Source: Eledone cirrhosa (taxonomy: Eukaryota). From it: a stretch of 64,000 nt of DNA. This document shows, piece by piece, positions 27,801 through 39,658 of the stretch. The position numbers and the translations under genes were made by a program. How positions within the stretch are numbered: position 1 is the stretch's first letter; each line of letters starts with the position of its first letter. The stretch spans positions 45,012,001-45,076,000 of the forward strand of contig OZ024745.1 of assembly GCA_964016885.1 (NCBI GenBank). The letters run 5' to 3'. The notes below the pieces were generated by a model that saw only the letters and a program-made list of their open reading frames with translations, did not search any database and was not told where the DNA came from.

Positions 27801-30800
27801 ACAAACAAACAAACAAACAAACAAACAAACAAACATAACAGAACAAAATGAAAAAGAACAAGGGTTGGCTACAAGCATAACATCTAGTTGAAGAATACTA
27901 TCTCAGGAAATCTCATCCAACCCATGCCAGCATGCAAAAGGAATCTTAGTAAAGACAATGATGATGACATTAACTTTCTCAATGTTGCAGAATTCTCATT
28001 TTCTTCTTCCCTTCTCTATCACATGCTCCCTCCTCCACACCTGGTAATGAACTCTCATTGTGTTCTTGGGTTAAACACTTCATTTCCCATTGTTCCAGTA
28101 CACTCAGCTGAGAATGAGTTCAGGCAGTTATTGAGAAGCAATGGACTGCTTAACTCCAATGAAAACTGGGATAAGCACTTACCTGATGAGTCTCAGGTTT
28201 ATGACAGACTTTAACATTTTTAACTTCATATAATAACTTAATTTTTATTAAACAATAGAAACTTTTATAAAACCTAAATCCCTGACATTGAAATGTTTAT
28301 ATTCTTATAATTTCAGACATTATATGACCCATACTTCATTTCTCTCTATAACGTTTTTTATACCTCCCTACCAGTACTTGCAATGGCTATTTTTGACCAG
28401 GTAAGAATATGTTTAAAATATCCATTATATTGCTTAACAAATGGTAGATTACTAAACTAGATACCTTATGTTTCATTTGATATCTTATATTATCTTTCTA
28501 TATTCCCTTTCCAGTATGTTTGACTTAACTACAAACACACTAGAATTGCAATATTAACCATAATTTAGCCAATCTTTAACCATATCTTAAAAACTAAGTT
28601 AATTTCTGTTATTTATATTTGCTTAGAATAAGTATCATAAAAAAACAAATCCCCTTTGAGAAAATAACTCAAAATTCATCTCTTAAGTATAAATTTATCC
28701 TTGTGCTATTTTTATGTTAAAGTGTGTCATAAGAATCTCATGTTCAATATGAATAAGAATTCCAATGAGATTTAAAATATGAAATTATTTTCACAAGGAG
28801 GAAATCAGAAGCACACCTTCAGTATAAATTAACAAGTAATTCATTCCCATAAAATAAGAGTACAATGAGGCACATGGCTTAGTGGTTAGAGCATTGGCCT
28901 TGCAATCGAAAGGTTGTGAGTTCAATTCTCAGACCCGGTGATGTGTTGTTTCCTTGAGCAAGACACTTTATTTCACATTGCTCCAGTTTACTCAGCTGTA
29001 GAAATGAGGTGATAGGGACTGGGGTCCCTATCATTCCACTTTAAAGTGGACGTGTAGGCGCCACAGCAAAAAGCACCCAGCACTCACTGTAAAGTGGACG
29101 TGTAGGCGCCACAGCAAAAAAGCACCCAGCACGCACTGTAAATGAGGTTGGTGTTAGGAAGGGCATCCAGCTGTAGAAATCAAGCCAGAATCAGTTCCCG
29201 TCCCACCCTTGCAAGCAGGGAAAAGTGGACGTAAAATGATGATGATGATGATGAATGAGTCACAAGAAGTCAAAATCTATGGTTTTAGGGAAAATAGGCA
29301 TATTCAGAAAGGGAAAATGAAAGCTAACCAAGACAAATGGATGCTATTTTTAGATTCAGCACCAGAAAATTACTAAAAAACAGTTCAAATAGTGCTTACA
29401 CCAAAATATGTCTTGGTCTAGGGTTAATTCAGATATCTGTAGCCTCTTTTATTAGCAAACAAAAAAAGCAAAGAAAAAAATCCACAAAAAAATAAAACAA
29501 AAGAAGCATATCTAAGCAGAGATATAAATATGTATTTTTTGAAGATAGATATTTTAAAAAATTATGATTTCTTAGGTGGCGAATAGGCAAAGTCATTAGA
29601 ACATATTTGTTCTGGCTTTGTGTTCTGATTTGAAGAGTTATTCAAACAATTAGATGCTTGGTCTCACTTGGCAACAGATTAGATACAGTGTGTGTTATAG
29701 TGCATCAAATTAAAGCATGCATTTCCTATAGTAATATCTTATAACTCTATAAAACTTAGTTTTTTTCTTTTCACTTTGGATTTTATTATCTTTCTCATGT
29801 TCCTTTGACTCTAAATAAAATACATTTTAACTATTGCAGGATGTAGATGATTATTATTCCATAAAATATCCAAAACTGTACACACCCGGTCATAAAAATC
29901 TCCTGTTTAACAAGAAGCTATTTTTATGGAGTGTAGCAGAAGGGATTGTGTCATCATTAATTTTGTTCTTCATCCCTTATGGAACATTTGGTACCAGTGT
30001 TAATTCTGAAGGGCATGATACAAGTGATTATCAGTCACTTGGTGTTGTTGTAGCAAGTACTCTCGTGGTTGCTGTTAATTTGAGGGTATGTATTTTACTG
30101 AACATAACACTTTTACACTAGAATTTTCTAGGGTCTATTTCTTTATATTATATTATTCTTAGTGTTGGATTGGCAGTATCAGTAGAGGGTCAGACGCCAT
30201 GCTTTGACGCATAAAGTTATGGCCCTTGCCATTCTGAGTTCAAATCCCGCCGAGGTTAACTTTGCCTTTCATCCTTACGGGGTCGTAATGCACTGGGATA
30301 ATTGCTGGCCTTGTGCCAAACGTAGAAACAATTATATTATTCTTAGGTGTGTGTGATTTGAAGTATTACGAGTATTATGTTTGATACCAAACTGCCTGGA
30401 ACCCTTTCAGTTTCTATGATACAATGCTGTTTATTTTAAAGTCTTTATGTTTATCTAAAAACTTTCCATCATAATTATAGTGTTCCAAATATGAGCTTAA
30501 TAAGTTTGTTCCCAAATCTTGATTACTTTTGAATTTATTTGAAAGTCATAGGCAGTGTCATCCATCAGAAATATGGCAATGAAAGGGATAAATATTACAC
30601 ACACACACACACAGAGACAGACACAGACGTGCACACACACGCACACACACACACACACATAGTGTGAAAAGATAGAATTATAATGTGTCATTTAATGATA
30701 ATAATAATAATAGTAATATTTTTAATAATAACAATATCTTTCTGTTTCAGTGTGCCATTGACACTTCATATTGGACAGCTTTCAACCATATTTTTATCTG

Positions 30801-31299
30801 GGGTAGTATTATATTTTTCTTCTGCTTCACATTTGCTTTCTATTCTAAAGTTTTTGAATACAGCTACCAAGGAGTAGCAGTGGCAGTTTTCTCAACCAGT
30901 CAGTATATATTCTGCTTGATTTTGACCTGTGGTATCCTTTTAGTTCCAATTCTGGCTTATCGTTTCTATACATTGGACACTAACCCCACACTCTCAGATC
31001 GGGTTCGTATGAAGCAACGTATGACAAAAACCAAATCACGATCCCAAAATTTCAATGCTGGCCGGAGGTCAACAATCCGTCGAAGTCAACGGTCTATGCG
31101 ATCAGGATATGCATTTGCCCATCAAGAAGGCTTTGGCCAGCTCATCACCAGTGGCTTGAATATGCGCAGTCGTGTTGAAAGTGAAGCAGGAATATCAGAT
31201 AAGTCTCAGATTAGATTAAAGGGAATCACTCGATTATCAAGCACAACAGGAGAACCTCTACATACAAATTCAGGCAGTTTCAATGCAATTAGAGCATAA
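1316..31299 (+). CDS. ATP8B: P4-type ATPase phospholipid flippase, ATP8B class; 5' part lies upstream of the window. join(1316-1398,6402-6649,7839-8074,9914-10076,12251-12340,15232-15397,18508-18584,20280-20381,21661-21780,21917-22014,23543-23721,24348-24598,25179-25362,27089-27312,28317-28400,29840-30085,30751-31299)
   Basis: 17 GT-AG exons with consistent phases give an open frame of about 1032 aa. Motifs: (DG)ETNLK, TM4 [55 protein letters not shown]-terminal [11 protein letters not shown]. Confidence 0.95.
1461..1738 (-). mobile_element. CR1-like LINE 3' fragment
   Basis: Near-identical to part of 19565-19790; ends in an (ATT)n tail on the minus strand. Confidence 0.8.
4334..4920 (-). 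repeat. SINE ((GAT)n-tailed family) with internal ~40 bp tandem expansion and an 80 bp inverted duplication
   Basis: catcatcat tail, gctggatgcctttcctaacgccaacc core, repeated gactgggtgctttt units. Confidence 0.75.
5100..5420 (+). repeat. dispersed SINE-like repeat (taattctcagggagattca family)
   Basis: Related copies at about 14390-14770, 31750-32050, 57820-57960 and, inverted, 59580-59830. Confidence 0.65.
6402..6649 (+). CDS. ATP8B: flippase exon (CEAPNNRL...[10 protein letters not shown])
   Basis: tttag acceptor, gtaagt donor, in frame. Confidence 0.95.
7488..7567 (-). mobile_element. CR1-like LINE extreme 3' end
   Basis: Matches 1468-1547. Confidence 0.75.
7584..7790. mobile_element. 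piggyBac-like MITE
   Basis: TTAA-ccctttaatgttc ... gaatgctaaaggg-TTAA. Confidence 0.7.
7839..8074 (+). CDS. ATP8B: flippase exon (TM3-TM4, PISLYV)
   Basis: ttcag acceptor, gtaagt donor; P4-specific PISL motif. Confidence 0.95.
9090..9154 (-). ncRNA. type I hammerhead ribozyme (minimal, dimer-type)
   Basis: Exact reverse complement of the + strand hammerhead at 9243-9307. Confidence 0.8.
9243..9307 (+). ncRNA. type I hammerhead ribozyme (minimal, dimer-type)
   Basis: tattttat-CTGATGA-aagcacacca/tggtgtcctt-GAAA-tatgta-TA-atgaaata; 8 bp stem I, 9 of 10 pairs in stem II; predicted cut after 9299. Confidence 0.8.
9450..9509 (-). ncRNA. type I hammerhead ribozyme
   Basis: Minus strand reads tattttat-CTGATGA-gagcataccaaagttttggtacctt-GAAA-tatata-TA-atagaata. 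Confidence 0.75.
9627..9687 (+). ncRNA. type I hammerhead with core mutation GAAA>GACA (likely inactive)
   Basis: CTGATGA at 9635-9641, paired stem II, GACA at 9668-9671. Confidence 0.6.
9914..10076 (+). CDS. ATP8B: flippase exon (phosphorylation site DKTGTLT)
   Basis: cccag acceptor, gtgagt donor. Confidence 0.97.
11204..12130 (+). mobile_element. Helitron/Helentron-derived non-autonomous element (HINE/DINE-like), possibly composite
   Basis: tactagcag..acctggtgttgcacgggg start, repeated aaatcggtt..gtagtttttgagtt motifs, acagacagac near the end; hAT-like cagggcccggattt at 11671. Confidence 0.5.
12251..12340 (+). CDS. ATP8B: flippase exon ([16 protein letters not shown])
   Basis: tatag acceptor, gtaagt donor, 90 nt in phase 0. 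Confidence 0.93.
12837..12970 (-). repeat. tRNA-headed SINE (main family), 5'-truncated
   Basis: Reverse complement of the 22057-22244 family. Confidence 0.85.
13480..14200 (+). mobile_element. highly decayed LINE (RTE-like) RT 3' region
   Basis: Remnants such as C..CARWVH..C and [15 protein letters not shown]; purine-rich. Confidence 0.55.
15232..15397 (+). CDS. ATP8B: flippase exon ([13 protein letters not shown])
   Basis: tccag acceptor, gttagt donor. Confidence 0.93.
15890..16420 (-). repeat. (GAT)n-tailed SINE with ~40 bp tandem array
   Basis: Same structure as 4334-4920 and about 10640-10895. Confidence 0.7.
18508..18584 (+). CDS. ATP8B: flippase exon ([12 protein letters not shown])
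   Basis: gacag acceptor, gtaaag donor. Confidence 0.95.
19565..20045 (-). mobile_element. CR1-like LINE RT C-terminus and 3' UTR, frameshifted
   Basis: [32 protein letters not shown] and [21 protein letters not shown]. Confidence 0.85.
20280..20381 (+). CDS. ATP8B: flippase exon ([12 protein letters not shown])
   Basis: ttcag acceptor, gtaagt donor. Confidence 0.95.
21661..21780 (+). CDS. ATP8B: flippase exon (LLCKGAD)
   Basis: tacag acceptor, gtaagt donor. Confidence 0.95.
21917..22014 (+). CDS. ATP8B: flippase exon ([12 protein letters not shown])
   Basis: tgtag acceptor, gtattt donor. Confidence 0.93.
22057..22244 (+). repeat. tRNA-headed SINE (main family); young copies also at 30165-30334, 42765-42935, 45733-45920, older ones at about 8170, 14830, 16770, 25685-26365, and minus-strand at 21160-21480 and 59875-60085
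   Basis: B-box gagttcaaatcc, ctttgcctttcatcc..ggggtcgataaaat core, ggccttgtgcc..aagtagaaacaatta tail. Confidence 0.9.
22320..23000 (-). mobile_element. decayed RTE-clade LINE RT fragment
   Basis: VEKFKYL and [23 protein letters not shown] remnants. Confidence 0.75.
23543..23721 (+). CDS. ATP8B: flippase exon ([15 protein letters not shown]...WVLTGDKQ)
   Basis: ggtag acceptor (weak pyrimidine tract, but phase fits), gtaaat donor. Confidence 0.92.
24348..24598 (+). CDS. ATP8B: flippase exon ([13 protein letters not shown]...ALVISGHSL)
   Basis: tccag acceptor, gtaagt donor. Confidence 0.94.
24640..24811. mobile_element. piggyBac-like MITE
   Basis: TTAA-ctcttaac ... gttaagag-TTAA; another TTAA-type MITE follows at about 24859-25107, with relatives near 56139 and 59327. 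Confidence 0.65.
25179..25362 (+). CDS. ATP8B: flippase exon ([12 protein letters not shown]...[10 protein letters not shown])
   Basis: tttag acceptor, gtaagt donor. Confidence 0.96.
26490..26850 (+). mobile_element. decayed RTE-like LINE 3' fragment
   Basis: [21 protein letters not shown] and FAGHC-like remnants. Confidence 0.65.
27089..27312 (+). CDS. ATP8B: flippase exon ([12 protein letters not shown]...TM5)
   Basis: tgtag acceptor, gtaagt donor. Confidence 0.96.
28317..28400 (+). CDS. ATP8B: flippase exon (TM6, [11 protein letters not shown])
   Basis: ttcag acceptor, gtaaga donor, 84 nt. Confidence 0.95.
29840..30085 (+). CDS. ATP8B: flippase exon (TM7-TM8)
   Basis: tgcag acceptor, gtatgt donor. 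Confidence 0.94.
30751..31299 (+). CDS. ATP8B: flippase terminal exon (TM9-10 and regulatory tail [13 protein letters not shown])
   Basis: ttcag acceptor, TAA stop ending at 31299. Confidence 0.93.
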   Translation, partial: CAIDTSYWTAFNHIFIWGSIIFFFCFTFAFYSKVFEYSYQGVAVAVFSTSQYIFCLILTCGILLVPILAYRFYTLDTNPTLSDRVRMKQRMTKTKSRSQNFNAGRRSTIRRSQRSMRSGYAFAHQEGFGQLITSGLNMRSRVESEAGISDKSQIRLKGITRLSSTTGEPLHTNSGSFNAIRA

Positions 31300-32062
31300 A
31301 AAATACTATTCATAATGTTGTATAATGCAAATGTATATAAGATTGTATGTGCATATATATATATATATATATTGAGTTTTAGTTTGAGTGATCACATTTG
31401 CAGCAATGTTATGAACAATGTAAAAAAGAACTCAGTATTTATGTAGAGTAAATATTTTAATGTGTAGGGTTATAGTTCCAACATAAAGCCATCTGTTACT
31501 CAGAGTTTCATGTCTTTTGGAGATTCTTCAGAACATACTAGCTGCTACTACATTTTCTTTGTATAGTACAATGATGTGTGGAGGTAAGTGAGAGCAAGAG
31601 AGAGAGAGACAGGGGTGTGTGTATAGTGTGCATATGTATGCATGTAAATACAAGACAAATCAGAAGTCCATAGATTACAATCTTGGATGCAAATCAAACA
31701 AGAAGTAAACCAACTGTTCTATGAACGCCCATTGGTGTTGACCATAAGTGTTCCAGTTGTTTAGTCAATGGAATGGCCTATTTGTTAAATGAATGTGTAA
31801 ATTGCTGAATATTTTATAAATAAACAATATCTTTCTGTTACATAATTCTCAGGGAGATTAAATATGGCACATTGCGTGACTAGGATGGCTCTTTGAATTA
31901 AAGGTACAATTCATCTGACAGGCTTCTAAACAGTTACTATATTCTCAGTTTTGCATTCAAGGCTTACATTAACCTGACACTATGGGTAAAAGACACTTAC
32001 TGAAGATGCCATGCAGTAGGATTGAATAGTAACCTCATGATTGTATGCTGCACCCACTAAAT

Positions 32063-32340
32063 CAGAGGTTTCAAACATGCAGACCACAAACTAGTTTCCA
32101 CGGCCAGCAGCAGAACATTCAAAACATTTGAAATAGAAAATCTGTCCCCCTACATTTTGAACTAGTACAGATATGCCACTTGCTATCATATGTCTATTGA
32201 TTTTGAGGAACAAAACAAAAATAAATACTGTCATCTGTTCTGCAGATTAGCATTATAATTGGTGGAAATCATGTTGTACCCATCTCATCACACTGTGATC
32301 CTATCACAGAATATAGTGGCCCTTAAATTGAAGACCCCTG
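32063..32340. mobile_element. hAT (Charlie/Buster-type) MITE
   Basis: TIR cagaggtttcaa / ttgaagacccctg; 8 bp TSD cactaaat/caataaat. Confidence 0.75.
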
Positions 32341-32559
32341 CAATAAATCAATGGTTCTTCTATAGAGATAAATATGATTTTGTGTGGGCAAAGTGCCTGT
32401 TTTAGCAGTTGACATTTACTGAAGAATGTTCAAAGATAAGTTGCAGGAAGCTTAGGTAACAGAGTGCTGGAAGCAAGAAGTATAAACCTACATACACAAA
32501 TAAATAAATACATATGTATGTACATATATGTTTATATTATATATATATATGTATGTATG

Positions 32560-32599
<40 letters not shown>

Positions 32600-32642
32600 G
32601 TATATATATATATTATATATGTATATATATATATATATATTA

Positions 32643-32680
<38 letters not shown>

Positions 32681-32681
32681 G

Positions 32682-32717
<36 letters not shown>

Positions 32718-32720
32718 TTA

Positions 32721-32796
<76 letters not shown>

Positions 32797-32805
32797 TTAT
32801 ATATG

Positions 32806-32860
<55 letters not shown>

Positions 32861-32877
32861 GTATATATATATATATG

Positions 32878-32909
<32 letters not shown>

Positions 32910-32918
32910 TTATATATG

Positions 32919-32967
<49 letters not shown>

Positions 32968-33083
32968 ATATATGTATGTATATATATATATTATATATGT
33001 ATATATATATATTATATATGTATATATATATATTATATATGTATATATATATATTATATATGTATATATATATATTATATATG

Positions 33084-33162
<79 letters not shown>

Positions 33163-33548
33163 TATATATGTATATATATATATATATATTATATATGTAT
33201 ATATATGTATATATATATATATATTATATATATATATATATATATTATATATGTATATATATATATATATATTATATATGTATATATAGATATATATTAT
33301 ATATGTATATAGATATATATTATATATGTATATAGATATATATTATATATGTATATAGATATATATATTATATATGTATATATATATATTATATATGTAT
33401 ATATATATATTATATATGTATATATATATATATATATTATATATGTATATATATATATATATATTATATATGTATATATATATATATATATTATATATGT
33501 ATATATATATATATATTATATATGTATATATTATATATATATTATATA

Positions 33549-33725
<177 letters not shown>

Positions 33726-33783
33726 ATATATTATATATATATATATATATATTATATATGTATATATATATATATATATATTA

Positions 33784-33823
<40 letters not shown>

Positions 33824-34406
33824 GTATATATATATATATATATATTATATATGTATATATATATATATATATATATTATATATGTATATATATATATATA
33901 TATATTATATATGTATATATATATATATATATTATATATGTATATATATATATATATTATATATGTATATATATATATATATTATATATGTATATATATA
34001 TATATATTATATATGTATATATATATATATTATATATGTATATATATATATATTATATATGTATATATATATATATTATATATGTATATATATATATATT
34101 ATATATGTATATATATATATATTATATATGTATATATATATATATTATATATGTATATATATATATATTATATATGTATATATATATATATTATATATGT
34201 ATATATATATATATTATATATGTATATATATATATATTATATATGTATATATATATATATTATATATGTATATATATATTATATATGTATATATATATAT
34301 ATTATATATGTATATATATATATATATTATATATGTATATATATATATATATTATATATGTATATATATATATATTATATATGTATATATATATATATTA
34401 TATATG

Positions 34407-34463
<57 letters not shown>

Positions 34464-34477
34464 TATATATGTATATT

Positions 34478-34559
<82 letters not shown>

Positions 34560-35573
34560 GTATATATATATTATATATGTATATATATATTATATATATA
34601 TGTATATATATATTATATATATATGTATATATATATATATTATATATGTATATATATATATATTATATATGTATATATATATATATTATATATGTATATA
34701 TATATATATTATATATGTATATATATATATATATTATATATGTATATATGTATATATATTATATATATATATTATATATGTATATATGTATATATATTAT
34801 ATATATATATTATATATTATATATATATATTATATATTATATATATATATATTATATATGTATATATATATATATATTATATATGTATATATATATATAT
34901 ATTATATATGTATATATATATATATTATATATGTATATATATATATATTATATATGTATATATATATATATATTATATATGTATATATATATATATTATA
35001 TATGTATATATATATATTATATATGTATATATATATATATTATATATGTATATATATATATATATTATATATGTATATATATTATATATTATATATGTAT
35101 ATATATTATATATGTATATATATATATATATTATATATGTATATATATATATATTATATATGTATATATATATATATATTATATATGTATATATATATAT
35201 ATATTATATATGTATATATATTATATATTATATATGTATATATATTATATATGTATATATATTATATATGTATATATATTATATATGTATATATATATAT
35301 TATATATGTATATATATATATATTATATATGTATATATATATATATTATATATGTATATATATATATATATATTATATATGTATATATATATATATATAT
35401 TATATATGTATATATATATATATATATTATATATGTATATATATGTATATATATTATATATGTATATATATGTATATATATTATATATGTATATATGTAT
35501 ATATATTATATATGTATATATATTATATATGTATATATGTATATATATTATATATGTATATATATTATATATG

Positions 35574-35606
<33 letters not shown>

Positions 35607-35641
35607 TAGTTTAGCGAGGTTTTTTATCTGGCAGATGGGTA

Positions 35642-35686
35642 AACGGTGCTGATGATAGCTAACAAGCTTGAAACTAGTACATCGTT
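35642..35686 (+). ncRNA. type I minimal hammerhead ribozyme
   Basis: aacggtg-CTGATGA-t-agct-aaca-agct-t-GAAA-ctag-TA-catcgtt; palindromic ACTAGT stem III; predicted cut after GUA at 35679. Confidence 0.75.
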
Positions 35687-35856
35687 CCTGTGTCAGTGTT
35701 GAACAAAAAGGTGACGTGGTTGCCTTAACACCGTATGGCATAAATTCATCTGTTCGGTTTGTTGACAAACAAACGAACAAAGCGGCGTTATAATAAACGT
35801 CGGCTAAACTGATGCGTGCATATATGTATGTGTACCTGTATGCATATGTGTATATA

Positions 35857-35898
<42 letters not shown>

Positions 35899-36256
35899 TG
35901 CTACTGTACGTCTGTATACATATATGTATGTACGTATACATACATACTTACATTTAAGTAAGTGCCATACTAAGAGTGAGAAATGAAATTTCGTTTTCAT
36001 TTTTTTTTCAACTTATGTATATATAAATATATGTATATATAAATATAAATATATGTATATATAAATATATGTATGTATATATAAATATATGTATATATAA
36101 ATATATGTATATATAAATATATGTATATATAAATATATGTATATATAAATATATATGTATATATAAATATATGTGTATATATAAATATATGTGTATATAT
36201 AAATATATGTGTATATATAAATATATGTGTATATATATATGTATATTTATATATAT

Positions 36257-36660
36257 CATCATCATCATTATCTTCGTTTAACGTCCATTTTCCACGCTAG
36301 CATGGGTTAGACGGGAGTTGTCCCACTTGAGGCAAGGCTGGTCGGGTGTCTGTTTTTCGCTCATATAGGACTATCTGGCAGGTTTTCTGCGGCTGGATGC
36401 CCTTCCTAACACCAACCACATTTACAGTGTGGAACTGGGAACTTTTTACCGTGTTACCTACATGGCCCCGTTACAGCATGGACTGTGTGTGTTTTTTGTC
36501 GTGACACCTACACAATCTCGATCTCATTTTCTCGTGCTGTTGGTGGGAGTGGGAGGATAGGGTAGGGGTAGTGGATTGGGGTGTACATTTGGTTAAGAGG
36601 TGCCTACTGACTGTACATAGGCAAGGCGGGTCTTCTGTATTACTGCGTAGCGCCAAAGAT
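36257..36660 (-). repeat. (GAT)n-tailed SINE inserted in the satellite
   Basis: catcatcat..gtttaacgtccattttcc and ggctggatgcccttcctaac motifs. Confidence 0.75.
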
Positions 36661-36725
36661 CTCGGTCCAAATATATGTATATATATATATATGTATATAT
36701 AAATATATGTATATATAAATATATG

Positions 36726-36756
<31 letters not shown>

Positions 36757-37087
36757 GTATATATAAATATATGTATGTATATATATATGTATATATATGT
36801 ATATATAAATATATATATGTATATATAAATATATGTATATATATGTATATATAAATATATGTATATATATGTATATATAAATATATGTATATATAAATAT
36901 ATGTATATATAAATATATATAAATATATGTATATATATATGTGTATATATAAATATATGTATATATATAAATATATGTATATATATATATATGTATCTAT
37001 ATGTATATATATATGTATATATATGTATATATATATGTATATATATGTATACATATATGTATATATGTATATATATATGTATATATG

Positions 37088-37118
<31 letters not shown>

Positions 37119-37163
37119 GTATATATATATGTATATATATATGTATATATGTATATATATATG

Positions 37164-37194
<31 letters not shown>

Positions 37195-37195
37195 G

Positions 37196-37226
<31 letters not shown>

Positions 37227-37247
37227 GTATATATGTATATATATATG

Positions 37248-37280
<33 letters not shown>

Positions 37281-37471
37281 GTGTATATATGTATATATAT
37301 ATGTATATATGTATGTATATATGTATATATATATATGTATATATATATGTATATATATGTATATATATATGTATATATATATGTATATATATATGTATAT
37401 ATGTATATATATATGTATATATATATGTATATATATATATATATGTATATATATATGTATATATATATATG

Positions 37472-37502
<31 letters not shown>

Positions 37503-37735
37503 GTATATATATATGTATATATATATATGTATATATATATATGTATATATGTATATATATATGTATATATATATATATATGTATGTATATATATATGTAT
37601 ATATATATATATATGTATGTATATATATATATATATGTATATATGTATATATATATATGTATATATATGTATATATGTATATATATATGTATATATATAT
37701 GTATGTATATGTATATGTATGTGTATATATATGTG

Positions 37736-37780
<45 letters not shown>

Positions 37781-37846
37781 GTATATATATGTATATGTAT
37801 ATGTATATATATGTATATATATATATATGTATATGTATGTATATAT

Positions 37847-37908
<62 letters not shown>

Positions 37909-38728
37909 GTGTATATATATGTATATATATTTACATGTATATATATATATACATGTATATATATGAATATTTACATGTATATATATGTATATATATATAC
38001 ATGTATATATATGTATATTTACATGTATATGTATGTATATATATGTATATATATGTGTATATATGTATATATATATGTATATATATTTACATGTATATGT
38101 ATGTATATATATTTACATGTATATATATGTATGTATATATATTTACATGTATATATATGTATATATATATATACATGTATATATATGTATATATATATAT
38201 ACATGTATATATATGTATATAGATATTCATGTATATATATGTATATAGATATACATGTATATATATGTATATAGATATACATGTATATATATGTATATAG
38301 ATATACATGTATATATATGTATATAGATATACATGTATATATATGTATATAGATATACATGTATATATATTTACATGTATATATATGTATATATGTATAT
38401 ATATTTACATGTATATATATGTATATAGATATACATGTATATATATGTATATAGATATACATGTATATATATTTACATGTATATATATGTATATATGTAT
38501 ATATATTTACATGTATATATATGTATATATATTTACATGTATATATATTTACATGTATATATATGTATGTATATATACATGTATATATATTTACATGTAT
38601 ATATATGTATGTGTATATATATGTATGTATATATACATGTATGTATATATACATGTATGTATATATGTATGTATATATACATGTATGTATATATACATGT
38701 ATGTATATATACATGTATGTATATATAT

Positions 38729-39320
38729 GCTACTGGTAACATGTATCCCAGTACAACCTGTCTCATGGTCGGGTCGTTGGCGACTAAACTGGCAACCCCA
38801 CCAAGGTTTCTTGGTGAGGAGGGTGACTTTGGACATCCTGCAGGACTAAAAACAAAACCTGTCAAAGGGCAAAGGAGCTCTTAAGAGTCAATGGCCATCC
38901 AAAATCACCGGGAGAGATGACCCCTTAGCCTTTGTCAAGGCAGAATTCTAGGAGAAGGAAAACTCTGATATAACACCTGCAACCCTGATGGTATCCAATG
39001 ATGTTGACTTGTTCTTCTTTTTGGTAAATATCATCTTGGTTAAGAGAGTGGGACTGGCTTTGTGCAATGCCTTTGCTCACTATAAAAGCTTCACGGCACA
39101 GGCATTGCTTTATATCTGGAGATCTCTCTGCACTTGTCGTCACATGGTACCATGGGCCCAGCACTATGTGTCAATAATTGTCACAGGTGTAGTGTTTGTA
39201 CCAGAGTTTTCAAGTCACTGGCTGGACTAAAAAGTCACACTTGTTCAGGGCATCGGTAGGGGTTCTCCTACATGGATATAAAGTAGTGGCCGTACTCGAA
39301 AACGAGTTGGCAGCCACCAT
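38729..39320 (+). mobile_element. RTE-like LINE 5' region inserted in the satellite
   Basis: actggcaacccc and ctaggagaaggaaaactctga motifs, which I recall from RTE 5' UTRs; GC-rich island. Confidence 0.55.
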
Positions 39321-39550
39321 GTATATATATATGTATATATACATGTATGTATATATACATGTATGTATATATACATGTATATATATATATATATACGTTT
39401 ATATATATATACGTGTATATATACATGTATAAATACATGTATATATACATGTATATATATATACAGGTATATATACATCTATATATATCTATATATATAT
39501 ATATACATGTATATATATGTATATGTGTATATATGTACATATATATATGT

Positions 39551-39650
39551 GTAATGAAGGAATTGTGGTAAGGAACCAGATGGACCATAACACACCAGAG
39601 TACTCAATACTTAGTGATTTGAGCTCGGCCGTCGGGATCATACCTTTTCC
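39551..39650 (+). repeat. deleted copy of the TA-flanked element at 56677-56828
   Basis: Shares tgtggtaaggaaccaga..gagtactcaatactta and ttgagctc..gccgtcggg..tcatac. Confidence 0.85.
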
Positions 39651-39658
39651 TATATATA

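Noticed and set aside
28180-28215. CTGATGA motif as a possible hammerhead
   Set aside because: No GAAA or stem III; it is the 3' end of a SINE family also seen near 18170 and 58215
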